This document shows, one piece after another, positions 1 to 13,774 of a DNA stretch of 64,000 nucleotides. The stretch's first letter is position 1. The number at the start of each line of letters is the position of its first letter. Below the pieces are notes generated by a model. It had not been told where the DNA came from. It saw only the letters and a program-made list of their open reading frames with translations, and searched no databases. This DNA comes from Octopus vulgaris (taxonomy: Eukaryota), in assembly GCA_951406725.2 (NCBI GenBank), contig OX597815.1, positions 208,258,001 through 208,322,000 of the forward strand. The letters run 5' to 3'. The translations under genes were made by a program, and so were the position numbers.

Positions 1-429
1 GAGAATGAGGGGTCGGGGAATGGGGAGTGGAAAGCAAGACAGCGAGAGTGAGTAGTGTTGATGGTCAAGGAACCATGAGTCTCGGGGGAGGGGTAAGATA
101 GAGGGATACAGAAGAGATTGGGAGGAGGCAAATATGCACACACACACACACACACACAGATAGAAATATGCAACTACATGTATATATACATACACACATA
201 AATATACATATACATATATATATATATATGTTATACACACACATATATACATACATGCACAAATATTGTATGTGTGTGTGTGTGTAAATTTATAAATATA
301 TATATCATCATCATATATATATATATATATACATGTGTGTGTGTGTGTGGAGAGAGAGAGTATATATTTATGTGTGTGTGACCATGTATAAATGCACATA
401 CACGCACACGGGGACACACATGTATAAGT

Positions 430-477
<48 letters not shown>

Positions 478-1319
478 TATAACATATGCACACACACACA
501 TACAAATGTTTATATATACATGTCTATGATACTATGTACATATACATACACACACTCACTCACTCAACCACATGCATGACTATATGATGTATTTGATTCA
601 TCTATGCATGCACGCATGCATGTGCATATTCCTATGCATTCTGCATCCATATTTTCCTTCACTGCATTCCAGCACAGAACATGCAGCACCAACCCCAAAT
701 AAAGCGCAAGTTTCTTCTAGTGTATTCTTAAGTGGAAATATATGAAAGTCGATGGAATCATCAGAGTTTGAACTAGTCAAGCAGCCCCAAAATATCTGAA
801 CACTGTTTGTATGCATAAAATCATTATGTGTATATACCCCTATATACACTGACACAAACATGTTTACGTGTATATGTATGTGTGCTTTTCTTGCCATCAA
901 TATGGGTACGTATGTGACTTACATGTATACCCATTAGGAAAATAGAAGTATATCTGTTTATCTTTGTCCCTCTCTCTGTGTCTATAGATAAACACAGACA
1001 GATACACATATGCATATGTGTGTGTGCTTGTGTGTGTGTGTATACAAACAAATATTTCTTTCACATTTTCAAAGAACACAGTAGGGAATGGTTGCTTTTG
1101 TGTTTGTTTTTTTTTGCAGCCTTTGAATGAGAGCATGTGTACCTTTATCATACATATACATATATAATATACATACATACATACATACATATATATACAT
1201 ACGTGCATATATGTGAATATGTGTTCTGAATATATTGTCACATATTGTAACGAAGGTATATATTTATATAAGGAGTTAAAGCCCCAGTATGACCGCATTC
1301 CTAAGACTAAAGCCATTGA

Positions 1320-1712
<393 letters not shown>

Positions 1713-3254
1713 CTTTCTTTATTGGCCATACAGGGCGGAAAACAGAGGGGACAAATACAAATGTAGAGCTTTTCTTTTCGAAAATGAAAAGAAATGGGAA
1801 AAATAAGAAAAAAAAAGTAAAATTCCGATCAAAAGGGATGGGGGGGGGGGGAGAGAAAACAGATGGATGGATGGATGGATGGATAAATAGATAGTTTGAT
1901 GACAGAAGACAGACATATAATGTTTCAGTGGAAATTTTCAAACGAAAGAAAGAGACCAAAGAGAGAGGGAATGAAAGCAGTAATCAAGTGAGAGAGGGGG
2001 AATGAAAGAGATAATAAAGTGTGAGAGAGGGAGAGTGTGTGTCTGTGTCTGTGTGTGAGTGTGTTTGAAAAAAGGAGAGAGAAAGAGAGTGAATGCAAGA
2101 TAGCCAACATGTCATATGAAAATTATGCCATAGCTACCTATATGTCATACCAAAATTATGCCATAACCACCTATATATTTAGTTCGATAATCTATACGCC
2201 AAATAATGATATTAAACAGATACAAATTTTTTTTTAAAGCACATTCTAACAAAATACCGAACTGCAAAGGCGCAGACACACAAGACATCCAAACACACAT
2301 ACATGTGTATATACATATATATTTGCACACATACTTGTGTATATACATATATATATGCACACACAAACACACACATACACAAAAACATGCACAAGTGTCA
2401 ATCACTTATTACTGTTGGCTCATGAAGTTGCTGTTTAACCACAGGTCAGACTTGATTGAGCAAAACTAAGGTAGTGATCACAGGCGTTCTGTTTATGTCA
2501 GTCCTATCTGGGGTTTTTTTTTTTTTTGGTGGGGGGTGGATTTTGTTTGTTTTTTCTTTTTTAGTTTCATTTTTTTTTTTTAAGATTAAAATATGCAGAA
2601 ATACATCATTTTATTGGTGTATTTCCTAATTTAAAAACCCTAAAGAAGAATTTGGTTTGAGGTACAACTACCTGTTATTTCTAGCAGGCTTGAGAGCATT
2701 GCATAAAAAGCCTGGCTCCTTCACCAACCACCAGCCTTGCTGCAGTGCCGTCTCTACATGTACATGTGAATTAGAAGACAGAAACACACACACACAACAC
2801 ACACACACAAAACACACACACACACTACTATAGATTAGTGATTCCCTGTCAATATTGGCTATTGGCTACCTATGTAGTTGAATAGATTAAAATCCCGATA
2901 AAACACTGGAGACTGCTGCAAACTACCGAAGTTTCAACGTAGAGTAGAGTCGTCGTAGAGAGCAGAGAGAGAGAGAGAGAGAAAGGATGCGTTAAATGAT
3001 ACTTTTTGTTGAAGTCATTCACAAATTATATAAAAAGAAAGAAAGGCAAAGAGAGAGAGAGAGAGGAAGGTAGAGAGAAACAGAGATGAGATAGTAGTGT
3101 GTTCGGAGTCTCATTCATGCAGGCAGGCAATCGTCTCTGTGTGTGGAACTGAAAGTAACCAACTACACCTCTGTGTGTGTGTGTGTGTGTGTAAGAGCAG
3201 GTGTGTATGTGCATTGTCTGTGTACATATATAAGAACATATGTGTGTCTGTATG

Positions 3255-3322
3255 GATAGATGAATAGATAGATAGACAGACAGACAGATAGAGATAGATG
3301 GATAGATATATAGGTAGGTAGG

Positions 3323-3354
<32 letters not shown>

Positions 3355-3355
3355 C

Positions 3356-3394
<39 letters not shown>

Positions 3395-3399
3395 CAGAC

Positions 3400-3437
<38 letters not shown>

Positions 3438-3448
3438 ATAAATAGATG

Positions 3449-3490
<42 letters not shown>

Positions 3491-3625
3491 GAGATAGACA
3501 GATAGATGGATAGATAGATAGATTGAAAGATAGATAGAGAGAGAAAGAGAGAGAGATCGATAGATACATAGATACATACATACAAACATACATACACAGA
3601 CAGATAGACAATTTGATAGATAGGT
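3255..3625. repeat. (GATA)n/(GACA)n microsatellite array
   Basis: Directly visible tandem repeat. Confidence 0.95.
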
Positions 3626-3674
3626 ACACAAATCAATAGGTACATACATACATACATACATACATGCACACATG

Positions 3675-3716
<42 letters not shown>

Positions 3717-4575
3717 GTGAATGAAGAGTAACGTAGGTATTGCATACAAAATGCACTCAGTTAATTTTACACTTACAGGTGATCGAATGCATGCACACAG
3801 GTAACAGTGGAGGAAATCAACCTAGAAAAAGCCTAGCCAATCCAAAGATCAATAGTAATTGATATTCCATATAAAAAAAAATACATACATGCACATATTT
3901 ACATACACATTCACACTTTCATGCACCCATATATACACATATACATATACAAATATATACTTATATAAATATATTTATACATATATATACATATACAAAT
4001 ATAAATATATATTTATATACATATATATTTATACATATATATACATATACAAATATACATATATATTTACATACATATATATATATATATGTATATACAT
4101 GTTCATAAAATGTATTCCAAAAAAATTTCTGCTGATTCTTACCCATTCATTCTTTCTGTCTCTTTCCCTCTAATTTTTTTTCTCTCTCTCTCTCTCTCGC
4201 TCTCTCCTTCTCTCTCACATTCCATTACTCTACAAAAAAGGCATTGTGCTATACTTTTTTCACTAGTAGAGTTGCATTCTATTGACGCATATCCTTGCAA
4301 ACATGCACCCTGACTACAGAAATGTGCAAGCCAGTTTATTAATTCATTTCTTCGGTCCATTCACTTCAAAAATTATAATATTTCTAACTCTGTGTGTATG
4401 TGCCAGCATGCACGTGCACGTGTGTGTGTGTGTGTGCGTGTACGTGTGTGTGTGTGTGTGAGTGTACGTGTGTGTGTGTGTGTGTATGTGTGTGTATTGT
4501 TAAGGAAAATAGGGAACCTGAAACATATGTGTCTATCAGCCTTTCTCTCTCTCTCCCTCTGTATTTATATGTATT

Positions 4576-4628
<53 letters not shown>

Positions 4629-4820
4629 ATACATACACATGCACACACACATATAAACTAATACACCTGTACACCTGCTTGTAGTTCGTTCACCTGTCTT
4701 TGTCTTTTGTTTTTGTAAATTTGAACTATTATATGTATACACACTCAGGAAACAATTTTTTTGCACAGCGCATTTGCAAAATTTTCTTTTCATTATTCTG
4801 TTTGTTATTAACACATACAT

Positions 4821-4891
<71 letters not shown>

Positions 4892-4894
4892 GTA

Positions 4895-5238
4895 GTTTGC
4901 CAGCTCTGTCTGGTCCCCATGTTGGTGGCACGTAAAAGCACCATCCGTTCGTGTCCGTTGCCAGCCTCGCCTGGCCCCGTGCCGGTGACACGTAAAAGCA
5001 CCATCCGTTCGTGGCCGTTTGCCAGCTCTGTCTGGCACCTGTGCAGGTGGCACGTAAAAAGCACCCACTACACTCACGGAGTGGTTGGCGTTAGGAAGGG
5101 CATCCAGCCGTAGAAACACTGCCAGATCTGACTGGGCCTGATGAAGCCTTCCAGCTTCACAGACCCCAGCTGAACCGTCCAACCCATGCTAGCATGGAGA
5201 ACGGACACTAAATGATGATGATGATGATGATGATGATA
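4895..5238 (+). mobile_element. 5'-truncated RTE-LINE 3' end with internal ~60 bp repeats and (GAT)n tail
   Basis: 'gagtggttggcgttaggaagggcatccagc...ccaacccatgctagcatgga...(gat)n' matches the 3' UTR downstream of the RTE ORF at 30712-31020. Confidence 0.75.
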
Positions 5239-6639
5239 TGTATATATATATATGTATATATATATATACTTACATGCATATATGTATATCATTATGACTT
5301 TATAAGCTAGCAAGATGCATACAGGTAAATGTATCAGTGTGTGTGTGTGTATGTGTGTGAGAGAGAAGTGGTGTTGAGTTTGTTTTCCTGCCATGTTCTT
5401 TGTAGCAGAGCAAACCTCAATGTGTTAGGTTTCAGAAATAAATGATAGCAAGGTTGGAAATGTAAAGAGGAAAGAAAGAAATTGTTTAAACAAACTCGCT
5501 TTGTCAAATGGTATCTCGAATAAAATGCCAAATCTCCGCTCACAGCATATCTGCATTATATCATTGTTCTAGCATCTGGTTTCCAATGCTGGCATGGGCT
5601 GGACAGTTCCGCAGGATCCAGCAAGCTGCAATGCTGCAACGAGCCCCAATGTCTCTTTGGCATGTTTCTACACCTGGATACCTGTCCTAATGCCAACCAC
5701 CTTACAGTGTGTGTGCATGTGCGTGTGTGTGTGTGCGTGTGTGTTAATCTTTTGACAGGCACCCTCTGTCTCTGTGTTATAAGAAGCAACTGAAAAGCTT
5801 GGAAGGAGAAAGAGTATTTCCCTGCGGAGCCTTATTTTGGAAAATCTATTCATGTGATGCCATCATGGAAAAAAGCACAGGTAAAATGATAAAGATGATA
5901 ATGATGATATTGATGATCGTAATGATAATGGTCATTTTCAGATTACAGAAATGGCAGAGACTCAGACATGAGACCGAGGGGTGTCTGTTCTTGCTCTTTT
6001 CCACTCTTATAGCACTGCCTGGAACATGGCTAGTCCTAAGCTGTACCATTTGCTTCAAGGTAGAAGCATTTCTCCATTCACAACATCAACGGCACAGAGA
6101 GAAGAGTCTTTCATAGGCATGGGCAAATACCACCAGGCTTCCATAAAAACTCATTGCACAGGCCATGATATACACACACAGACAGAGAATCAACTTTGAC
6201 CAACAGAGACCCCTAAATCACAACTAAGGTCCATATGGACCTTGGGAGCCCATATAAGATTTTGTGGGTAACAAATTGGTTATATTTCGACAATACACAA
6301 AGTATTTTACCAATCTTTTTTATGCAATTCCTAATAAAATTCAATCATAAAAATATAATAGGATTTTTTAAACATTGAATGGTTATTGGGGCCCATAGGA
6401 ATCAAAGGGGTCCATAGTTAAAAAAATGGTTGAAAAACATTGCCCTAGAGGATTTCTATTTTTTTAACTTCACCATAGTAGCACAGTTTTTTTTAGCACA
6501 GGTGTGTGATGTGACATGGTTCAGTTAAACCGATTGCAGTACTTGAATGGACTCTTCTTATAAATTATTAACCCATTTATTGATCAATAAACTATCATTT
6601 GAACTCAAACAGTCTTGATTGATGGTGATTTCTTATATT

Positions 6640-7217
6640 GGCATCAGACAATAGATTTTATCTAACACTCCAATTGAATGGGTTAATTCCCTAGATGGGA
6701 TGGAAGGCATATAAACCCCAGGGGAAATTTAAACTAACAAAATAAAGGGATCTGACTAAATTAAATACTATAAGGTATTTTGTCTGTCAGGGTACCAATT
6801 CTGCTATTCATTACCCTAATTTGATAATAAAAAATAATGATTTCAAATTTTGGCACAAGGCCAGCAACTTTGAGGGAGTGATTAAGTCGATTACATCAAC
6901 CCCAGTGTTCAACTGGTACTTATTTTATCAACCTTGAAATGATGAAAGGCCAAGTCAACCTCAGTGAAATCTTAACTCACAACATACAAAGCATTTCATC
7001 CGACATTCTAACAATTCTGCCAGCTTGCTCCCTTCTTTTTACTATAGGCACAAGGCCTGAAATTTTGTGGGGAGAGGTCTTGGAGGTCTTGTCAATTACC
7101 TCAACCTCAGGGCTTGACTGCCACTTATTTTATCAACCCCAAAAGAATGAAAAGCAAAGTCAACCATGACAGAGTGCAACTAGTTGGAAATATAATAATG
7201 ATGATAATAATAATAAC

Positions 7218-7248
<31 letters not shown>

Positions 7249-8956
7249 GTTTTTAGTTAAGCACAAGGTACAGTAATTTGGAGAAGAGGGCTTTGAATAC
7301 ATACAGCAATCTCAATAGTAGACTGGTGTTTTATTTTATTGACTTGGAGGGATGAAAGGCAAAGCTGACTTTAGTTGGATTTGAACACAGTACATAAAGA
7401 CTCAAAACTAATACTGCAAAACATTTTATCCAGCACTCCAATAATTCTACTAATCCATCGTCCTATAATAATTGTTACTGATTTAGGCACAGGGCCAACA
7501 GTTTTACAAGAAATGGGGCTGGTCACATCAACCCCTAGCATGTGACTGGTATTTTATATTATTGACTCTGAACTCAGAATATATAACCCTTTTTTTACTT
7601 TCTGCTATAGGCACAAGGCCTGAAATTTTGTGGGAGAAGGATTGATGATTACATCGAGCCCCCACCACCACCACCACACACACACACACACTCACACCCC
7701 TCGTGCTCAACTGGAATTTATTTCATTGACTCTGAAAGAATGACAGGCTAAGTCAACCTTAGGTAGATTTTAAACTCAGAATGTTAAAGACAGATGAAAT
7801 GCCACTAAACAGTTCTCTGGCATGCTATCAATTCTTCCTGCAAGCCACCTTAATAATAATAATAATAATAATGATAATAATAATAATAATGATAATAATA
7901 ATAATGATAATAATGGTTTCAAATTTTTGCCACAAGGGCAGCCATTTTGCGGGGAGAGGGCTAAGTCGATTACACCGTGTTTCACTGGTACTTAATTTAT
8001 TGACCTCGAAAGGATGAAAGGCAAAGTTGACCCCAGCGGAATTTGAACTCACAACGTAGTGACTGGCGAAATACCGCTAAGCATTTCGTCCAGCATGCTA
8101 GTGATTCTGCCAGCTTGCTGCCTTTAATAATAATAATAATAATAATAATCTTTTCTACTATAGGCACAAGGGCCTGAAAGTTTGCAGAAGAGGGATGATC
8201 AATTACATCGACCCCAGTACTCAACTGGTACTTGATTTATCAACCCTGAAAGGATGAAAGGCAAAGTTGACCTCAGCAGAATTTGAAAATAATAATAATA
8301 ATAATAATAATAATCCTTTCTTCTATAGGCACAAGGCCTGAAATTTTAAGAGAAGAGAGTCAATTACATTGCCCCTCAAAGGATGAAGAGCAAAGTCGAC
8401 CTCGGTAGATTTTGAACTCGGAATGTAAAGATGGCTGATATTCCGCTAAGCATTTCGACAGGTGTGCTAATGATTCTGCTAGCTCACTGCCCTTGTCAGT
8501 CAGAAGCAAATAATGCTAGGAATTTTGTCTGACACTCTAACATTTCTACCAACCATAATTGTTTTTAACTAAAGCCCAAGATTAGTAATTTTGAAGGAGA
8601 GGTTTAATCAATTATATATCTAGTCTTAGTACTTGATTGAATTTTTATTTTACCAACTGTAGATGGATGACAGGCAAAGCTGACAACAGCTAGACTGTAA
8701 AGAGAGTGGACAACTACTGCAAGGCACTTTGTTTTATGCTCAAATGGTTCTTCAAAATAATAAAAATTCTCTCTACTTTAGGCAAGAAGCCCGAAATTTT
8801 GCAGGAGCGGTTAGGTGATCATATCAACCCCAGTGCTCAATTGGTACTGTTTTTATCAAGCCCGAAAGGATGAAAAGTAACAGTGACCTTGGCAGATTTT
8901 GAACTCAGAACATAAGAAATGTTGCTAAGCAATTTTGCCAGATTTTCACCTTGATG

Positions 8957-8991
<35 letters not shown>

Positions 8992-9211
8992 TCTTTCTTT
9001 CTTCTATGGATACAAGGTCAGAAATTTTGGTGAGGAAGGAGTGCTGGTTGATTACTTCAACTCCAATATGCAACTGGTACTTATTTCATTGACACCAAAA
9101 AGATGAATGGCAAAGTCAACCTCTATGGAATTTGAACTCAAAGCATAAAGCTAGAAAAAATACCACAATATATTTTGTCCAATGCGCTAACGACTTTGCT
9201 CACACATGGCC

Positions 9212-9251
<40 letters not shown>

Positions 9252-9485
9252 TAATAATAATAGCAATAATCCTTTCTGCTATAGGCACAAGGCCTGAAAT
9301 ATTGGGGGAGGGGAGTAGTAGTCGATTACATCGATCTTGGTGTTTCAATGGTACTTAATTTATCAACCTTGAAAGTATGAAAGGCAAAGTCAACCTCAGT
9401 GGAATTTGAACTCAGAACGTAAAGACGGACGAAATACCACTAAGCATTTCGCCCAGTATGCTAAAGATTCTGCCAGCTCACCGTC

Positions 9486-9520
<35 letters not shown>

Positions 9521-10620
9521 CCTTTCTACTATAGGCACAAGGCCTGAATTTTGGAGGGAGGGGCTAGTCAATAGCATTGACCTCAGTACTGAACTGCTAC
9601 TTATTTTATCAACCCCAAAAGGATGAAAGGCAAAGCCAACCACAACAGAATTTGAACTCAGAACATTAAGCGAGAAGAAATACTGAGAAGCATTTTGTCC
9701 AACGCAGTAGTGATTCTGCCAGTTCAAGGCCAGCCATTTTGAGGAGACGGTTGATAATCTCAGACCCAGTGCTTGATTCGTATTTATTTTATCGATTCCT
9801 GAAGGATGGAGGACAAAGTTGGCCTTAGCAGGACCAGAACGCAAAAAAAAAAAAAAAGTAAGGAACCTGGAAGAATTGTTACTAGGCATTTTATCTGATG
9901 TACTAATGAGTCTGCTAGGCTTACTGCCTTAAAATTGTTTCAGATTTTGGCACAAGGCCAGCAATTTTAGGGGAATTGGGATAGTCAATACCGTTAAACT
10001 TTAAGATTTTTCAGGCAAGGAAGGCAAAGTTGACTTTAGCAGTAATTGAACTCGGAATGTGTTGAGTTGGAACACATGCATTCAGGTATTTTTGTGACAT
10101 TCTAAATGGTTTTTTATCAGCTCACCACCTGAATGGTTTCTGACATGGGCGCAAAGCCAGCAACTTTTGATGGGAATAGGTGATTTGATACCATTGAACC
10201 TAGTACTTGAGAGGTATTTATTTCATCATATTGACCCTAGGAGGGCAACTGGCAACATTGGCCTCAACCAGATTGAAACTCGGAATGGAAAGAGCCAGAA
10301 GAAATATGATGAGAGATTTTTGCGACGTTGTAATGATTCTGACAAATAATAATAATAATAATAATTCCTCCTACTGGAGGCACAAGGCCTCAAATTTATG
10401 GGGAGGGGACTACTCAATTATATCGACTCCAGTGTTTCACTGGTACTTAATTGAAACACTAGGGGTTCAATATATTCGACTAGTCACCTCCCCAAAGTTT
10501 GATATTTTGGTGGTGGTGGTCGTGGTGGGGTAGATAGGTAATTACATCAACCCCAGTGTAACTGGTAAGTTATTTTATCAACCCCGTAAAGATGAAAGGC
10601 ATGGATTGTCTTTGGTAAAA
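6640..10620 (-). mobile_element. Head-to-tail array of ~18 degenerate tRNA-derived SINEs (family B) separated by (AAT)n
   Basis: A recurring unit 'ctataggcacaaggcctgaaattt...ctggtacttaatttatc...aggatgaaaggcaaagtcgacc...gaatttgaactc...ctgccagctc' appears in one orientation. B-box-like GAGTTCAAATTC is on the minus strand. Confidence 0.9.
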
Positions 10621-10742
10621 TGCATGAAAATATAAGGAAAAAGTATGCTTAAGGTCTAACTCGAACTCACCTAACAAACAGCTTAAAAACACTAAGGAAT
10701 TTGTTTATTCACCCAATGGCCAACTCATATGTTTACCCAGTG

Positions 10743-10779
<37 letters not shown>

Positions 10780-11175
10780 TATATATATGTGTGTATATAT
10801 ATATATATGCATTTACAAATACACATGCATATATATGTATACATTTATAAATACACATACATATATATGTGTGTGCATGAATATATATATATAAATATAT
10901 GTATATATATATATATATAGATACATATATACGTGCAAAAAAATGTGTGCATATCAACATATATATATGAACCTGGAGCGGCCCCTGGCTTCCCAGACCC
11001 CGGTCGAACCGTCCAACCCGTGCTAGCGCGGAAAACGGACGTTTAAACGATGATGATGATGATGATGATGATATATATATAAATATATGTATTTGTATTT
11101 ATATATATACACACACATACATAGATATACATATCACATATGTATATGTGTATATATCTATGTATGTGTGCGTAA

Positions 11176-11224
<49 letters not shown>

Positions 11225-12019
11225 TATATATATATATATATATATATGCACATATATACATACAAAAAAATGTGTGCATGTCAACGTGTGTGTGTGTGTG
11301 TTGAGTGTGTGTGCACAAGCATCTATATTTATTTCAATCACACAAGTTAATTAAAACATATATATTTACTTTCAAATTCTTAGAGCAACAACCGTTTCAC
11401 AAGAGACATCGATAAGTGTGTTTACTAGTGTTAACAGTTCTGTTACCACATGATTGTTTGCGATGGTTGGCAAAGAAAGAGGCAGCGATGGTGCCTACGA
11501 TGATGGTGGTGGTGGCGGCGGCGGCGATGAGCACGTCACTTGATGGTGGTGGTGGCGGAGGTGGCGGTGGGGGAGAGCGGGGATCTATGCTTGCAGACCA
11601 ACAAGCTTATACACATGAAAAGCAGTCTATGGTATACACCTGCAATGCTATGATCAAACAGGCACACCTGTAGCACAACTGAGGCATTGTAGTGTTGATC
11701 AACTTTGAATCAACAGCAAGAATAGTTCAAACATTATTAGAGAAAGGTGGGGGGAAAAGGTAAAAAAAACAGAATGGAAAAAAAAAAAAGAAAATACTCT
11801 GAAGATATTAGCAAACAATAGCAGAGATATTGAATGTAATTTTAATGGCTAAAAGTATATATTTGTGTTTTTCTTTCAATAAATGAAGAAAGTATTTTTC
11901 CAAATTTAACAGAAATGTTTCTGAGATACACACAGTTGTCTTTTTCCCCAAAATTAATAAATTCAGATAATGATAAATAAATACACACACACACACATAT
12001 GTGTGGCGTGTGTGTGTAC

Positions 12020-12060
<41 letters not shown>

Positions 12061-13507
12061 TAAATACATACATATATATACATATATATATATGTATATA
12101 CATACAAATATATATATATTCATTTGTATGTGAATATATATTTCACATATATGTATGCATGTGTATATATATCTATATCTATCTATCGATATATATATTT
12201 ATATATATATTTTCATATACATATATATATTATACATTCATATACATATATATATTATATATGAATATATGCATGTGTTCATGTATATACATATCCTTAT
12301 ATATCTATATATGTATGTGTTTATATATATATGTACATATATATATATACATATACACACACACATATATATATAGATAGATATACAATTTATATATATT
12401 ACATAATTATATAGATTTGCACATGTAAATGAACATAGATATGCAGATATGTGTGTGTGTGTATATATATATATACATTTATACACACACATATACACAG
12501 TTACATACATATATATAGACACACACATACATATATATGGATATATATATATATATATGCATGCATATATATATATGCACATGCATACAGAAACACACAT
12601 AGAGATACACATACACTCATACAAACGCACACACATACACACATGCACCCAACACATACACAAGCACGCTCACACGCATAGTACGCTTAGCCAAGGAAGG
12701 ATTATTAACAAGTATTGAACTACAGAAAAACAGCATCTATCTTTACACCTGACATATTTATAACAGAAATCAACCACTGATGAAGGTAAATGCAGGTAGA
12801 AATCAAATATGAGACCCAAATAAACCCAAAAAGTGTTTCATGAAGAATTGTAGCATAAACTTAATAGAATGAAAGCAGAGGAACTAAATTTCTTGACAAA
12901 GTCAGAAAATTTTCTTTTTATTTTTCTTTTCACTTTTGAGCTTGGTTTTCTGTGGGTTTTTTTTTTTTAATTTTTGATTTTTTTTTTTCTTTGGTAGATT
13001 GCAAGCAAATATTTTATCACAAATAAAAGACATGATTTAAGCATAACATAATGGATAGCATACACATACACAGTCAAGATTAATTAGGAATATGTAAAAA
13101 TTGCAGCATTTTTTTTTTTTTATATTTCTTTAGTATCACTTTTGGTGAGTTTTTTTTTTCTTTCTTTTTCGCAAGTCAATCTTAATTGAAACTTAGGATG
13201 AAATAAGTCATAACAGAGATGCTGATGGTAATGATGATAATGATAATGATGATGATCATAATAATAATAATAATGATAGTAACAATAAGGATAATAAAAA
13301 TAATAATTATAAGAAAAGCGAAATAAAACAGCAAATTGAAGACGAACAAGAGAAAGAAGGAAGTCAAAAAAATTTTAAACTGAAATTAATTTAAGATGCA
13401 AAAAAATAGACATATAAAAAAAAATTTTTTTAAAGCTAAAGGAAATAACAGGTAAACGATACAAAAAAATAAATGAAGAAAGTATAGTAGAGTTATAATA
13501 TTCACAC

Positions 13508-13774
13508 CTGTTTTTCATCCTTGGTTTTGTTACTGGTAGTTACGACTGCTCGGTCACAATAGCTTCCTTCTAACAGGGCCACTCCTGACGGCCGGCTTGC
13601 AGAATCATTCTCATAGTAAAACAGGAAATTCTGGTAAAGTATGAACCACCTGAGCTGCCACTTGCCAGTATCGGAACTTTTCTTGTACAGGTAACCGCAC
13701 AGAGTGTTCTCCTGGCGAGCCTTTTGGGCCAAATATAATATTTGGCTCTCATTGAATCGGATCGCTTTTTGCAT
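13508..13774 (-). CDS. RASGRF1: First coding exon of a Ras-specific guanine nucleotide-releasing factor (RasGRF1/2-like), N-terminal PH domain
   Basis: MQKAIRFNESQILYLAQKARQENTLCGYLYKKSSDTGKWQLRWFILYQNFLFYYENDSASRPSGVALLEGSYCDR...EKQ closely parallels the vertebrate RASGRF1 N-terminus (MQKAIRLN...GYLSKRSSDN.KWQ.KWF.L.QN.LFYFE.DSS.RPSG.YLLEG..CDR). The start context is ACAATG. The exon has 89 codons and ends at a phase-0 donor CAG|GTGTGA (GT at 13507-13506). It is probably co-orthologous to both RASGRF1 and RASGRF2. Confidence 0.93.

Noticed and set aside
598-900. Non-repetitive minus-strand stretch as RasGRF exon 2
   Set aside because: The translation shows no similarity to the expected second half of the PH domain, and there is no convincing donor.
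2850-2872. Tandem ATTGG (CCAAT-box) pair
   Set aside because: A short motif expected by chance, with no supporting promoter evidence.
6215-6445. hAT/Charlie-like MITE end (similar motif at ~63834)
   Set aside because: Only one degenerate terminus is visible and there is no TSD, too weak to call.
6640-10620. Repeat-spacer-like periodicity suggesting a CRISPR array
   Set aside because: The context is eukaryotic, the units are ~200 bp SINEs with microsatellite linkers, and there are no cas genes.
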